This document shows positions 10,823 through 24,774 of a DNA stretch of 64,000 nt, piece by piece. The stretch comes from Cetorhinus maximus (Eukaryota), in contig NC_135893.1 of the NCBI RefSeq assembly GCF_964194155.1, positions 22,134,001 to 22,198,000 of the forward strand. Reading direction: 5' to 3'. Within the stretch, counting starts at the first letter, position 1. Each line of letters opens with the position of its first letter. The notes beneath the pieces are model-generated. The model was not told the DNA's origin. It saw only the letters and a list, made by a program, of their open reading frames with translations, and ran no database searches. Position numbers and translations under genes: made by a program.

Positions 10823-12714
10823 GTGAGACCACACGTTATCACATAGTCATTGCAGGCACAGGATCTGTAGCATAAGCCAGTCTTGATGACATTTTGACCT
10901 AAAAACTAGTGGTGGTAACCACCTGTGTAAATACTCTAATCATTGCCTGTCTGAGTCTCTCCTCCAAGTTGATTTAAACTTTTTTTATATATATATAAAA
11001 GTGCAAGGCATTTGCTGAGCATTAGTAAACTGTCGCGGACTGAAAGAGTTGAGAGTGTTGTAACTCCAGCGTTTCCCCTAAAATTCCATTTACACTGCAC
11101 ACACTGACTGAGAGTAAAGCGCTTACTCATGGACTGAGTATGGAAACCGAGATCACTCCGCAGTGACGGATTGGCAGTTTGAGTTCAACCCCCCCCCCCA
11201 GCTGCTGAACATGTCATTTGCAAATGCCAGCATAATGAAAAATGAGATCTGACTTTGGGCTTGAGCACTCAACTTCAATAGAAACTTGTTTGCTTAAAAC
11301 CTAAAGTTGGTGTGCACACCCAAGCATTTGTTATAAATGTTATGTAGATTGAGAGGTTTTTGAGGCTGGATACTTTTTAACCTTGTTGCAACCTCCCGCC
11401 CCCACCTCCGGCATCCATCAAGCCCACGTCAAGGCTTCTCCTGGTTTCAGTTAAAATGCTTGATTTTAAAATGTTGTGACAACTGTCTTGGATGTGAGGT
11501 GTTGAATGCACTGTCAGTTAGATGAATAAACCTCCAGTGACTTTTAAGATTAGTGACTTACATTTTGATGTTCCTTGGTGCACAGCTTAATTTATAGGCT
11601 ATCAGTTGAACATTTCATATGCTCATATTGAGCCCCTTTGCCTTCTATTTTAGCTAAATTGCTAATGTTAATACAGTGAAGAAAGGTATTGGATGCAGTC
11701 ATATTAAACATGCATATGATCTCACTTAGGCCAATTTGCAGGTTCTGATCACCGTGCACTGATAGAAGCATGAACAGATGAGTGAGCGTGATGAGGCTTA
11801 ATAACATAACATTGTGTGGCATCCTGGACCTGCAGATTAAAGATGTCTGAAACGTTTTTGTCCGAAGGCTCAGACTGTTATAAAATGAAGTAATATATGA
11901 ACTTCTATTCCCTTGAAATGAAGTTTAGTAAAACAGTTGTTTCAGTTGAAATCATGGGAGCTGGAGCCTTAGCAAATGAGCCGCAACATTAAGTAAAAGT
12001 ACTTGGTGAGGTTAAAAACTTGCTCAAATCCAAATAAAGTGGATGCAGGCCATGAGTTCCTAATGTGCATCATACAGAATAGATTCAGGCCATGCTTCCT
12101 TGTATATGTTATACAGAACAGTGTTTAAATCCCTTTGTGGCCTGGCCTCCTTATCTCTGTAGCCTCCTTCAGTCCTACAACCCCCGTACCACAACTAACT
12201 CTCCGTTTCTCTGACACTGGCCTTATGTGTATCCCTTCCTCCATTTATGGCCATGCCTTCAGCAAGGTAGGCTTCATGCTCTGGAATTCCTTCCCAAAAC
12301 TGTTCTCCCTCTCCATTTCCCTTTTGCTGTTTATGATCTTCCTAAAAACCCATCTTTGTTCAAGCTTTTGGCTACATGTCCTGATATCTCTGGCTTAGCA
12401 TCTATTTTTATCAAGATTACACTTCTGTAATGTGCCTTGAGACATTTCTTTATATTAAAGGCATTATATAAATGCCAACTATAGATCCCAACTGTAAGCT
12501 GTCCATATACATTGTACAGAAGATTCTGGCGATGAGCGCCATGTATACTTTATACAGAATAACATAGCTTTTGAAGGCTGTTGTACACCCTGAATGTCAT
12601 GGTGACAGATAAACTGGCAAAACTTTATTGTCACAATTCATGAACATTGTACCTTGTTGTGAAAGAGCCTTTTAACAATATTTATCATCTTGCTGCAAGA
12701 GCTTAAAATCTCAG

Positions 12715-13150
12715 ATTTGTTACAGCACAGGAGGCAATTCAGCCCGTCGTGTCCGTGCCGGCACTCCATAGGAGCAATTTACCAGGTGCCACTCCCCCCC
12801 CTTCTTCCCCATAGCCCTGCACATTCTTCCTTCTCAGATAATGAATCAATTCCCTCTTAAATGCCTCGATTGAACCTGCCTCCACCACGCACTCAGCCAG
12901 TGCATTCCAGATCCTAACCACTCCGCTGCATGAAAAAGTTTTTCCTCATGTCACCATTACTTCTTTTGCCAATTACCTTAAATCTACATTCTCTTGTTCT
13001 TGATCCTGCCACCAACAGCAACAGTTTTTCCCTTGTGCAGACCTGTTGTGATTTTGAAAAACTATCAAATCTCCTCTCAACCTTCTCTTCTCCAAGGAAA
13101 ACAGTTCCAACTTCTCCACTCTATCTACATAACTGAATCACCTCATCCCT
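12715..13150 (-). mobile_element. CR1-clade LINE 3' fragment
   Basis: The minus strand encodes VRIWNALAECVVEAGSIEAFKREL, homologous to 37550-37700. Confidence 0.8.
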
Positions 13151-13369
13151 ACGTGTGCTGTTGTTATGGCCAATAAATGCTGGACAAATGTAGCTCTCAG
13201 AACTGTACTTTCATTTTTGAAGCATGCTTCAAGATTTTGAGCCATAGAATTTATAGAACAAAGGACCATTCAGCCCATAATTCTTTAGCTGCAACCAGCA
13301 ATCATATTTCCCTACCCTTTCCCCCTCCTTTTTTTATTTTCCTCATTTTTCGAATAGTTATTCAAGTTT

Positions 13370-14120
13370 AACAGTGGGCAGAGAAATGACAGATGCAGGG
13401 AAGTGCAAGGGAACGTGATTTGGTTGCAGGAAGTTTGATGTGAATTATGTTCTAAATGGGATGGAATTGAGTTGTTGGAGCAGGTGAGAGATCGTGATGT
13501 CCTGATGGACAGGTCACTAAATCTGTCAGCTGAATGCTCTCAGTCTCTTAAAGTAATAGAAAGCTGGAATGCATATGTATAATCATATAAATCCTGACAG
13601 AGAATTTTAAAAATGTATTGACCTTGTGAACCCACATCTGGAGCACTGCAGGCCATTTTGGTCTTCCTATTTCTAAACAGGACATCCAGTTATTGGGAAG
13701 AGACACAGAGAAATGCTTCATGGTTGATCCCAGAATTTGAGGGAATGCTGTACAAAGAAAGATTGGCGACCCTGAGTCTTTCCTTTCTTGATATGGGCCT
13801 GAGGGGGAATAATGATGGCAGGGGTTAAAATGATGAAAGGTTTAAACAAATTGGCTCTAAGCAAGCTTTTCTGCTGCAGGTTGAATTTAAGCATGAAAGC
13901 TCATATTAACAAACTGAAGACAAAAAAAAAAGAAACTCAGGATGAATCCTTCTTTTCAATAGGATGGTATGCGGAACAGGTTACCAGCATGGTTAGTGGA
14001 GCAAAAACCTTAATGGATTTCAAGAAGAAACTAGCCAGTTTTTGCCAAAAATGGTATGCAGTTTGAAATGCACTAAGGAAGTATTGTAGATTGTTGGCCT
14101 ATATGGGCCAAAGGTCTTCT
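13370..14120 (+). mobile_element. Old CR1-clade LINE 3' fragment
   Basis: Degenerate match to the CR1 ORF2 end (cagtgggcagagaaatgacagatgc; ccacatctggagcactgc). Confidence 0.6.
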
Positions 14121-14441
14121 CCAAACAGAAGCTGGTCTATCTCTTTTTAAATGGCTGTAGAATTGTGACAGTGAATGGCATATGGCAATGGAGGAGTCTG
14201 CACAATCCCTTTAGCTGTACACTGAACAACCTTGAGGCATCTTTGCTTGATTACTAAAACCTTAATTTCATTTGCCAATGGTTTAACCCACGAGTGCCCA
14301 ATTCCTGGAGAAACCTGGAGAGCCTGTACTTGCACTGGTGATGCTGCCATCTAATGACAATCCCTTTGACCTGAAGTTGCTGATTTTTGTCTACTTTAAT
14401 TTGGAGTGACAAAAATCAACAAAATGTCTGCTATTTTTCAG

Positions 14442-14590
14442 GAATTGCCTGTTTCGTGCTCTTGGAGATCAGCTGGAAGGTCACTCCCGAAACCACCTTA
14501 AACACCGGAGGGAAACAGTAGACTTCATGATCAAACATCGGCAAGATTTTGAACCGTTTGTAGAGGATGATGTCCCTTTTGATCGATATG
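14442..14590 (+). CDS. OTUD3: OTUD3 coding exon 2 (catalytic Cys, [11 protein letters not shown])
   Basis: ttttcag|g; encodes [49 protein letters not shown]; donor g|gtgagt; phases are consistent. Confidence 0.97.
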
Positions 14591-14999
14591 GTGAGTCCTA
14601 ATCTGATCGCCCCATTAACCCAAGATATAAACAAGAACTGGGAAATATTAGCTAAAGTTTAACAGGTTAAGCATACTTCATGAAATGGCGTGCATGGGTG
14701 CAGCACATACTGTGTTATCAACATTGCTCTGGTTTCTACCAGTTATACTTATTGTTTAGCCTGGGGGTTCTTAGTGACCTCCTTCACCTGTGGTTGTCAA
14801 CAGACCTACTGCTTGAACATGCCCCTCCATTCATCCAATTCAGTGAGATTCCGTTACCTACGATATACATGCCATCACTCTGAGGTGTATTGTGCAATCA
14901 GATTTTCTACTGCCGTGTTACTGATATGATTCTGGCCTACACAGAATGAAATAGGTCATCCAGTAGTGAGGGGAGTGATCTAATTCCCAGCTCAGCTGA

Positions 15000-15835
15000 A
15001 CATACGAATTAGAAGCAGGAGTGGACCACTCGGCCCCTCGAGCCTGCTCCACCATTCAGTAAAATCATGGCTGATTTGAATGTAACCTCAACCCCACGTA
15101 CCTGCCTACCCCCGATAACCTTACACCCCCTTGTTAATCAAGAATCTATCTAACTCTGCCTGAAAAATGTTCAAAGACTCTGCTTCCACTGCCTTTTGAG
15201 GAAGAGAGTTCCAAAGACTCACAACCCTCTGAGGGAAAAAGAAATTCTCCTCATCTCTGTCTTAAATGAGCAACCCCTTATTTTTAAACAGTGACCCCTA
15301 GTTCTAGATTCTCTCACAAGAGAAAACATCTTTGCCACATCCACCCTGTCAAGACCCCTCAGGATCTTAAAGGTTTCAATTAAGTTGCCTCTTACTCTTC
15401 TAAACTCCAGTGGATACAAGCCTAACCTGTCTAGTCTTTCCTTATAAGTCAGCCTGCCCATTCCTGGTATTAGTCTAGTAAACCTTCCCTGAATTGCTTC
15501 TAACACATTGACATCTTTCTTTAAATAAGGAGACCAGTACTGTACACGGATGTTGTCTCGCCAATGCTGAACTGAAGCATAACCTCCCCATTTTTGTAAT
15601 CAATTCCCCTCCCAATAAATGATAACATTCTATTAGCTTTCCTAATTAGCTCTGTACCTGTAAACTAACCTTTTGTGATTCATGCACTAGGACATCCAGA
15701 TCCCTCTGAATCTCTGATCTCTGCAATCTCTCACCATTTAGATCATCTTTTTTATTCTTCCTGCCAAAATGAACAATTTCGCATTTGCCCACATTATACT
15801 CCATTTGCCAGATCTTGGCCCATTCACTTAAGTCG
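15000..15835 (-). mobile_element. CR1-clade LINE 3' fragment
   Basis: Minus-strand ORFs WAKIWQMEYNVGKCEIVHFG and QGRFTRLIPGM..LYPLEFRRVRG, followed by a CR1 tail. Confidence 0.85.
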
Positions 15836-15844
15836 TAACTCAAT

Positions 15845-16225
15845 GTCATAACTCAGTAGTTAGCTTTTGTCTCTGGAGTCTGAAGATGTGTGGATTGAAG
15901 CCACACTGCAGAGACTTGAGCACAATCCCTAGGCTGATACTCCAACGCAGTGTTGAGGGAGCACACCATCAGAGGTGCTGTCTTTTGGACGAGACTTTAA
16001 AATGAGGCACTCTCTGCGCTCCCAGGTGGATGTGAAAGATCCCGTGGCACTATTTGAAGAAGAGCAGGGCATTCTCCTGGTGTCCCAGTCAATATTTTAT
16101 CCTTCAATTGTAATTTTCTGAACAAAATGTGATTATCTGGTTACTATCTCATTGCTATTTATGTGCAAGCGCATTTCAAAAGTACTTTGTTGCCTGTAAA
16201 GCGCTTTGGGACGTCCTGAGGTTGC
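15845..16225 (+). mobile_element. SacSINE1/DeuSINE-like SINE
   Basis: gagacttgagcac...ggtggatgtgaaagatcccgtggcactatttgaagaagagcaggg...aaagcgctttgggacgtcctgagg, shared with other copies in the window. Confidence 0.7.
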
Positions 16226-16819
16226 GTGTGACTCTGAAAGCTGCCTTGTGTTTGCTGGGGTTTTCAGCCGTTTCTAGCAGCATCTCGTGTATGACATCAC
16301 AGTTAACGTGACTGTCGCTACTGCAGTGGACTGGAATGGGAATGGTAAACAGATTAAACAGAATGCTACCTCCTGACGCTTCATGATCTTGCACCTGTGG
16401 TCAACAGCAACTTGCATTTATATAATGCCTTGAGAAAAATGTCCCGAGGTGTTCCAGAGGGACAAAGAAATTGGAGGTCCCAGAGAAGCCTATGGAAGCA
16501 ATTCCAGGTGTATGCCAGTGTTGAGTGATGGTAGGGGAGGCCAGAGTACAGAGATATGGAGAGATGTGAACAGAAGGGTGGAAATTTTATGGTTGAGGTG
16601 CTGGAGGATTGGAAGTAATGGTAGATCAGTGAGGACTGGTGTGATGGGGTGTGCTGTGTTGCTGTGAAATAAATTCGTTTTTATTCCAACAAATCTCCAA
16701 ACTGGAACTATCGAGACCAAAATATCAGCTTACTCTTCCAACTATTTAATACTGAGCATGGACGGAGATGGCCATAGACATGTATCACGACACTGATGGT
16801 TTTGATTTTTGTTTTTCAG

Positions 16820-16932
16820 TTGCAAATCTGGAGAAACCGGGCACGTTTGTTGGCAATGATGCGATAGTCGCCTTTGCAAGGAACAACCAAGTGAATATTG
16901 TGATTCACCAGCTTAATGCCCCACTTTGGCAG
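16820..16932 (+). CDS. OTUD3: OTUD3 coding exon 3
   Basis: ttttcag|; encodes [37 protein letters not shown]; donor cag|gtaac. Confidence 0.97.
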
Positions 16933-17084
16933 GTAACATACAGTAGTTGAAATACCAAGTGTATAGAGGATCCTGCACTGGAGACTGGAACTCTTCAATA
17001 ACATTTTTAGGAATGATTTGTACAGAACCTCACATTTTGTACTCCTCTTCGTCAGCAGCAGCTTTAGTATTCTGTAGAACTTTT

Positions 17085-17460
17085 CATTCATTCATGGGAT
17101 GTGAGCATCGCTGGCTAGGCCATTTATTGCCCATCTCTAATTGCCCTTGAGAAGGTGGTGGTGAGCTGCCTCCTTGAAGCACCATGTCGCCATATGCCAA
17201 AGGTATCCCTTTTCTTTTCGGCTTCATGGTGGTTTTGATACAACTGAGTGGCTTGCTGGGCCATTTCAGAGGGCGTTTAATTGCTGCGGGTCTGGAGTCA
17301 CATGTAGGCTAGAGTCACAGCAATGTCATCATCAGACTTTTAATTCCAGATTTGTAGTGAATTCAAATTCCACCATCTGCTGTGGTGGCATTCGAACCTG
17401 AGTCCCCAGAGCATTACCCTGGGTCTCTGGATTACTAGTCCAGCGACAATACCACTCTGC
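17085..17460 (-). mobile_element. HE1-type SINE
   Basis: Reverse complement of the tRNA-like head (gtggtattgtcgctggactagtaatccagag) and the HER1-like tail. Confidence 0.75.
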
Positions 17461-19680
17461 ATGCTCGTGGTGTTCTATTAGATGTCAAATAAACTTACAA
17501 TGTAACAGTGGAGTTCTGATGTAGTGTCTTGCATTTGCATGGTGCATGTGGTCTTTCTATGTGGGGTGTTGGTGTTGTTTGTGTGGAGTGATATACAGCC
17601 AGCAATGTTTCTGAATGTTTAGTAATTATTACAAGATACGTGTCATTATCAGTTGACCGAGCCTGTATGTCAGATATTGAGACACACTGGGAGATGGTCA
17701 TTTGATGGTTTTATAACATGATGGGTGATTATTTTATATCAGTTATGTAGTACGTGTGTTTTTGTGGTACTAATGCCTGGCTGGGATCTGTTATTTGCTG
17801 GAATTCTAATGGTTGTGTCTGGTCTTAAACTGCTGGTGGCACAGGATGTTCTCATCAGCTGATCCCACAAACTGCCCTTGTCAAATCAAACTGAGAATAG
17901 TCATCCACTAACAATCAGGCAACTTCTTACTTTCCCGTGAATGCACAACAAAGCTGTTTCCATGGAGGTGCAGTACCTTTATTGTCTGAGGTCCAGAAAA
18001 TGCAAACACAGTAGAATGAGAGCTTGGACAGTGAAATAAGAGGGTCACTAAGGCACTGTTGACCGTGACACGTTGAAATGAAGGAATTAAGACAGGGCAG
18101 GATCACCCTCTACCCATTTAACCAGCAGCGTTAGAGGGTGCAAGGGGTGAAATAAACTACTGGTGCATCTCACTGCTCCTGATACCATGTAAATTAAACC
18201 CCAGTGCAAGCAGTTTTCTGAGCTTCTCCCACTGCTGCACCTAAGAAGTAACAGCAAACCACCTGGAGTGGGGGTATTGGAAAGGGTATTAAGGTGGGTC
18301 AAGTAAGAATAGGTGAAGATTTGGCTGAAACGTCTGTGCCATCCCATTCTCGATGACCTGCAGTGTCCGGCCTTGCACATGAAAGGCCTGGCGGAGGTAC
18401 ACATGTGTGGTACCAGCAAAGAGCCAGCACTTTCAGAGGGAAAGGGGAAGAATTGAATGTGTAGCCAACATAAATCCAGGCATTTGAGTGGAAGCTTGTT
18501 GTTTTAAAAAAATAAAGCACTTCTGTGAAGCAAACACTTCATAATCAGTCAGTGAGGAACCACTTGGAAAGTCTTTAAAATTTGGTTTCCATTCTCAGCC
18601 TATTCATTCCAAAGAACTGTAACTCTACAAAGCAAACCAGAACAGCACATGGCACTGAACGAGCCTGTTATTCTGGTGTGACTCCTTCACCTGCCCCCAA
18701 CAAGACAGTTCTGTTACTCTGGACCAGAAACAGATTTATTATTAAATCCCATAATATGCATTTGTAAAGAACGTGTGTGGTTGGCTGTTGTAGCCATACT
18801 CTCACTTGTGTTCTCCTCATCTGGTAAACTTCATCTCCTTGTGTTTTGTTTTTTTAAGTTTGTTGGTCAGTGGTTGTGTTCATGAAGATGGAAGATGTTA
18901 ATTAATGCAGAGGAATGGAACCCGCATTTGGGCATTCAGTGTCAGCATTGAGCGCTCCCAGGTCAGATATAGCACAGGTTAGGACAGTGTCGAGTACACT
19001 GCTACACCTACTCTGCCATTGGTTGTCCTTTTAATGTCAGTTTAAAACCTTTGTCTTTGTCCTTTGTCCTATCCACTTTACCAGTACAAGTGATCCTCTG
19101 GAAGCAGCTCCAAATTGTGCGGGATCAGCTTCAGAAACTGTGGCCCCCTAAATGTTTCAGATAATATGATGCAACCTGTGGCAGGACTTTGCATGAATAG
19201 TGCAGTTTAAAACACTCAGCCGTTTGTTGTAAACTTGTAAACAATTTAGGGTCATATGGAATGCCATTATAGGCACTCACTGAAATGTTGGACTGCTTTC
19301 ACCCAAGGCTCCTGCACAGCTGGAGTTTGAAGTCTGTACTCTACACTTGCAGTTTCTGCAATGTTTATAAGGTGCAAATACCCAAGGCTTTGTCAGTATA
19401 AATTAAATGTAGCCATTGTGTGTGTAAACGCCTTGTGACGGTGTAGTAGGTAGCTCTCTTTTTAGCTCATTTCCCAGTTTTTTCAATGAATCTTATTGTT
19501 GGGAAAAGTTTCCTCTGTTTTTTGTTTGTATAAAGAAATCATAAACGATCACATGAACACGCACAGCACAATGAAAATCTTGCCCCCACATATAAGTCTC
19601 TTTGTAATTCTCATATGGATAACAGCTCACTCATTAATAATTCAGAACAATAATAGCTAACAATTATTTTAACTCTATAG

Positions 19681-19803
19681 GTTTTTGGAACCCGCAAGAG
19701 CAATGCTGTGGAGTTGCATATTGCCTACAGATATGGGGAGCACTATGACAGTGTGCGCATGCTTAATGATAATTCAGAAGCACCTGCGAACCTAAAGACA
19801 GAG
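19681..19803 (+). CDS. OTUD3: OTUD3 coding exon 4 (catalytic His, YGEHYDSV)
   Basis: tatag|; encodes [41 protein letters not shown]; donor gag|gttggt. Confidence 0.95.
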
Positions 19804-20389
19804 GTTGGTAAATGTATGTGATTGCGTCCTGAACCCTTTAGTACACTTTCCATTTACGCAAGTGTCATTTTTTTCATGGGAAATGTGCAATGTTGATATT
19901 GCTTAGTTAAAGCTACTGGAAGTGTCTGTAACCTGCATTCCAGTTCTTCTTCAGTGGGGGGAAAGGGAAGGAGTTAGAAGTCAATAAGCAATTCAGAAAA
20001 CATTTCGGTGTAAGTTTAGAAGTTTGCTGGTAAGTTAGTTTGCAAACTCTTGCTGACATGGAGGTTTAATTTATTTTAATGATCGCTGCTCAGGTTGTGG
20101 AATGAATTCTGAACACAACCAGGATTCGGGATGGGGAGGGGGAAGATTGATCCAATTTAGCTTTACCAGGCAACAGCTGCCAGAAACTTTGGTCTCCTGT
20201 GTGTTAAAAGGTGAAACTTAAAATTTCTTTAGAACTTTAGGTTGAAACCAACATTCTGCAGGGCTGCTTCCCCATTTTGCAGTGTTTTTTATAGCTGCTG
20301 GTATAAATGTAGCACTGTTTTTATTGTAAAGAGGTCGCTACTGCACCAGAGCTGCAAATATTCATGTTTTAATTACGCGACTCTTACAG

Positions 20390-20536
20390 ATGCTCATTAA
20401 AGATGATTCAAAGAAAAAAGATCGAAACAAAATGTGTCACTACCAGATGGAAGACATACGGGATTTTGAAAGTGAAATGACCAAGACTGATTTGGATGAT
20501 GCAGTTCAGAAAGTACGCAACGCAACAGGGTGTATG
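20390..20536 (+). CDS. OTUD3: OTUD3 coding exon 5
   Basis: ttacag|; encodes MLIKDDSKKK...DLDDAVQKVRNATGCM; donor |gtaagt. Confidence 0.92.
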
Positions 20537-21454
20537 GTAAGTAGCTGAAAACAGATTGACCAAGCTACCTTCAGTGATCCTTGGCAAAGCTTACGGTAAA
20601 GCACGTGAAGTAACACTCCAACTGCTGGGATCAGGCTCTGTATTTAAATCCTTCTGAAGGAACTATAAAGGTTCTGTATCTATCTACTTCATTTGTTTTC
20701 AACCAGATTTGTAGTTTTCTGTAAAGCTGCTATAAATGGTGTCTGATGGCCATCATGTACATAAACACATTGGTCATAATTTAAAAATCTATAAACAATC
20801 TAAATTACAATTGTGTTTTTTTTTGAGATATTTTATTTGAAACCTTCAAGCTCACTGTGACCACACTGTGGTTTCTATTCCTACTGTCAAGTCTTTGTTT
20901 ATTGTGAGTCTTTCATTTGGTTTTTATGATGCAGGAATTGTGTATTTAATTTTGGTTGTTTAAAAAAAAATGACACTCCGGTATATTAGCACAGTGGCTA
21001 AATGCAGTACCTGGTGTAGTACTGAGCCACAGTAACCAGGACTGCTCGATCCAGTATGGTGCTCAGCCACGCTTACCAAGAGCCTGTTGGTTGCTCAGGT
21101 CAGCAGCAGTAGGGGTGCTACAATTGGCCTCAATGTCATTTGGTTAGGGAGAGGGGAAAATCTTCCAGGGTGGGTGCGCCTGATCACTAATCGGTGACCC
21201 CTGCTGAAAAGCATGCATGTGTCTTCAGTGAGGATATGTTGGGCTTTGGTTCTGATAACTGCCACAGTCAAACAACCAGTAGCTGTTGGGGCTCATACAT
21301 GAAGAATAGCCACAGGGGTGAGGTACGACGGGGTACAGTGCCCTCAGAACCCATATGTGAACAAGAATCAATGTTCACAGGAGAGCAGCTTGGAAAAATT
21401 GGGGAAAGTGAAGTGATTTGTTGTACAGTTGATGTTCTCCTTGTTTTCCTGTAG

Positions 21455-21551
21455 GATACTGATGTGATTGTTCAAAATCTAGAAGCTGAAAACTACAACA
21501 TAAGATCTGTAATATTTGCCATTTTGCAGATAGAAGAACTGAAGAATAGCA
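21455..21551 (+). CDS. OTUD3: OTUD3 coding exon 6 (UBA-like region)
   Basis: cctgtag|; encodes DTDVIVQNLEAENYNIRSVIFAILQIEELKNS; donor a|gtgagt. Confidence 0.93.
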
Positions 21552-22159
21552 GTGAGTTCCACACCTGACCATTCACACATATTCTGTGTACCACATATTG
21601 CAAGTTCACTTCTGACTGACTTCCTATTTTTATAGCTTCTCTGTGCAAGATTTGCCCTTTGGTGCTCCAAATTCAGTTCTGGTTTTATATCGTAAACATC
21701 TGACTTGTCAAGCTCTGAGGCTAGCTTTTGCAGTAGATGTTTTGAGGCTCTCATAAATAGCATTAAAGATACTTCCAACCTGTGTTTGGCTGTCTGCTTC
21801 AGTTTATAGAAGTTTCCAGATCAATGGTAGCTTATATTCCCTAAAACAGCCCTGGCAAACAGTTTAGCTCCGTCAAAATAAAAGATTACACTTTATAATG
21901 GAAGGGATTGAATGAGTTACAATGGATATGGGGATGTAGCCTTCCCTGATGGTCTACTGTCTGGTAGAGCAATATCAGATTTAGTTGAGAAATTTTTAAA
22001 ACCTAATAAAGGACTAGGATGTCACGCTCCTTTTACATGATGCAATTGAGATTCAGTCATTCTGTATTCACTGGTGCAGAACTGCTGTTTGTTGAGAGAC
22101 CCAGTTTCTGGCCTGTGAATACGACATATACATGAATTTAATTTAATTTTTGATTTTAG

Positions 22160-22347
22160 ATAGTGATGAAGAGTCCAACAAAACGAGTTCTAATTGCAGT
22201 CCTCAGCACATGCCACCTCTCTGGATGGAGAATGGAACTGGTAACAGGATTTTTGGAAATCAAACTGTCAACACTGAAGAAATTGAAAACAACAGGAGGC
22301 TGAATGAAAAGGAAGAAAACAAAAGGACCAAAAATAAGGTGTGTAAG
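22160..22347 (+). CDS. OTUD3: OTUD3 coding exon 7
   Basis: ttttag|; encodes SDEESNK..PLWMENGTGNRIFGNQ..KNKVCK; donor aag|gtaaga. Confidence 0.9.
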
Positions 22348-23366
22348 GTAAGACGGTGTGACCGGGGACAGATGCAAAAGAGAGAGGCCTGTACAGTAAC
22401 GTATGATATGTGCCCTTACTAAGCCAAAGACTACAATAGCCAAGGTTTTCAGTGATGTGGAATTCTGCATTTCTGACAATGCAGCCTGGATTCCACAGCA
22501 CCATTTAGGGAGCCACACATGGGTTTACCCGCTTCTGAGTCTTTAAATTTATGGTTTGCAACATCATTTCTGGCTAGCAGACATTCCCCAAAGGATCTTA
22601 AAGGATTAATGACAAAAACCACATCATTAACTTTTATGAGAGACAACCATACCATCTCATTTACTTCCCAGCACGGCCTTCAATTCAAAGTCAGTTCTAC
22701 TATCAGCCCATGTGCAGTAAATGGGTGGAAATAGTATGACTTTGTTTATGTACATTTTCTTCATTATTCTCTCCAGAAGGCATTGATGCCTTGCTAAAAT
22801 TCAGTTCTGCAAGCAAAGTGTGTTCTTCTCCCTCAACCCAAATATATTGCTCAAGTGGCCAACATTCATGGGTTATTCTTGACAGTGAACATTGGCAGGC
22901 TATTCAACTGCAAGGGGCATTTCAGTCAAGCCCACTCCTGTCCTCCCCTGACTTCTGAATACTTATACTTCCAGTAATGGTCATTGGATAGTAGTTAACA
23001 GAAAGAAATGCTTTGCTTTTCCTTTCTTCAGGGATGCAGAGACCAATTATGGTACCTTAACTGTTGTCCCAGCTGAGATCAGTTAACTCAGCACAGACCA
23101 GGGACCAAACCAGGAACTTTCCTGGTTTCAGATACTCACTGGGGAAACTTGGAGCTGCCAAAAGTTTTAACGCCATCTGATGTACCATTTTACGAAGAAG
23201 CTTTTAAGGAAATATTTAACTTGATAACATTATACAGAGAATTTCTTGAACTGCTCATTACATTGTGTAGTGAAATATTCATTATGCATTCTGGCTGTTA
23301 AAATGGATAGTGTTTATCAATGCGCCATTGTGATTCTGCTGGTTAATTTGCGTTTTAAAATTCTAG

Positions 23367-23543
23367 GTGACAAATAAGCAGCGAAAAGAACAGCAAAGGT
23401 TAGAAAAGAAGAAACGACAGGAAGAAAGACATCGACAGAAGGTCATAGATAGCAGGAGCAATAATATGGAAGACAATGGGACCAATAGGGACTTTCAAGC
23501 ACCCGTTACCCTAGTGAAAACATTCACAACTTTAAATATTTGA
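23367..23543 (+). CDS. OTUD3: OTUD3 last coding exon
   Basis: ttctag|; encodes VTNKQRKEQQRLEKKKRQEERHRQK...VTLVKTFTTLNI*. The eight exons sum to 1197 nt (398 aa + stop). Candidate AATAAA sites lie near 23788, 24424 and 24629. Confidence 0.95.
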   Translation: MTNKQRKEQQRLEKKKRQEERHRQKVIDSRSNNMEDNGTNRDFQAPVTLVKTFTTLNI

Positions 23544-24774
23544 TCCATGGACAGCAGCTCCCTTACCAGCTGGCAATCACCTGACGTTGAATGGGTTACA
23601 TAAGTCTCCTGGGTGGGGTATAACATCATGGGAGATGGAGAGGTTTTCTGATGCTGCTTTAGATTAAGAAAATATTTGATTCAAAACTTTTTGAAGAACT
23701 TGTTTTTCTTTGCAAACTCGCACGTAGACAAACTGGAAGAAAAAGCCTAAAGGTGAAAGCAGTGGATTACTTATATTTTACAAATGCAATAAATCTTCAG
23801 ATGGTCATAAGTGAGAATTAAAATGAGCAATGTGAAATGTATGTGCAGATGAATTTTAGCAGTAAATGGATTCAAAGGCAAGAATGCTCTTTAATAACTG
23901 TGTAAGCATGGGTTAGAGAGATTGACTGTAACATTTTTAAAAATCACAAACTTCTTACACCGCATTAATACTCATTATTGGAGGTGAAATGTGAGGCCCT
24001 TTCTTTATAACATGTATTTACACAGCTCCCAAAGGAAACTGTAACAGAGAATGTCTTTTGCACATGAACGTTTCTGAACGCTTCATTGATAGTGTTCAGG
24101 AGTGCTTGCCTGCAGGTATCTGTTTGGGTACAGCCATAAACATTTAGAAAAGTGAAGCTGTTTTTTTTAATCCTTTCCATGACTTGAATTATTTTTTTAA
24201 GTGAAGGGTACAAATATGCTGCTAACCACCAAAAACGAAAGATGCTTTCCATACAGACTGTGCTAAGAACTGTGTGTGAATAGGCTTAGCGGCTGTTAAA
24301 CCAGTAATGAGGCAAATGGAAGAATTGCAACTTCTGACTGGCACCAGAAGTCCCTACGTCTTGCTCATCAAAGCTTTGTCAGAGATATTTTGGTTGAACA
24401 CTCCCAGAGGTGACTTAAGTTAAAATAAACTCCTGAATTTGTTTGTTGAATTTCTACCTCTTGAGATTTTTCCTTGCGTGGAAGTAAGGAACCATTTGAT
24501 TGTGGAAGGTGGTTGAGAATAGCCACTGAGTGTTTGAAACAGTAACTCCAATGGACAACAGAGTTAGACAGCTGGCTATTGTATGATTGCTTGTGTTTAC
24601 TATATTTTTGCTCTGTATTTAAATTAATAATAAATATGTGATCACCTCAGTGAGACGTTAAGCTTGTGCAACAATTTCTAAAAACATTTTTTTTTCTGTC
24701 ACAATGATGTGGAATTGGTAATGCACGAATCAAGAAACAAACTTAAAAATTGTGAGTTGCTTTTTCTCAAACAC

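Noticed and set aside
10346-10834. 162-aa minus-strand ORF at OTUD3 exon 1
   Set aside because: It is the antisense shadow of the coding exon and has no homology or splice support.
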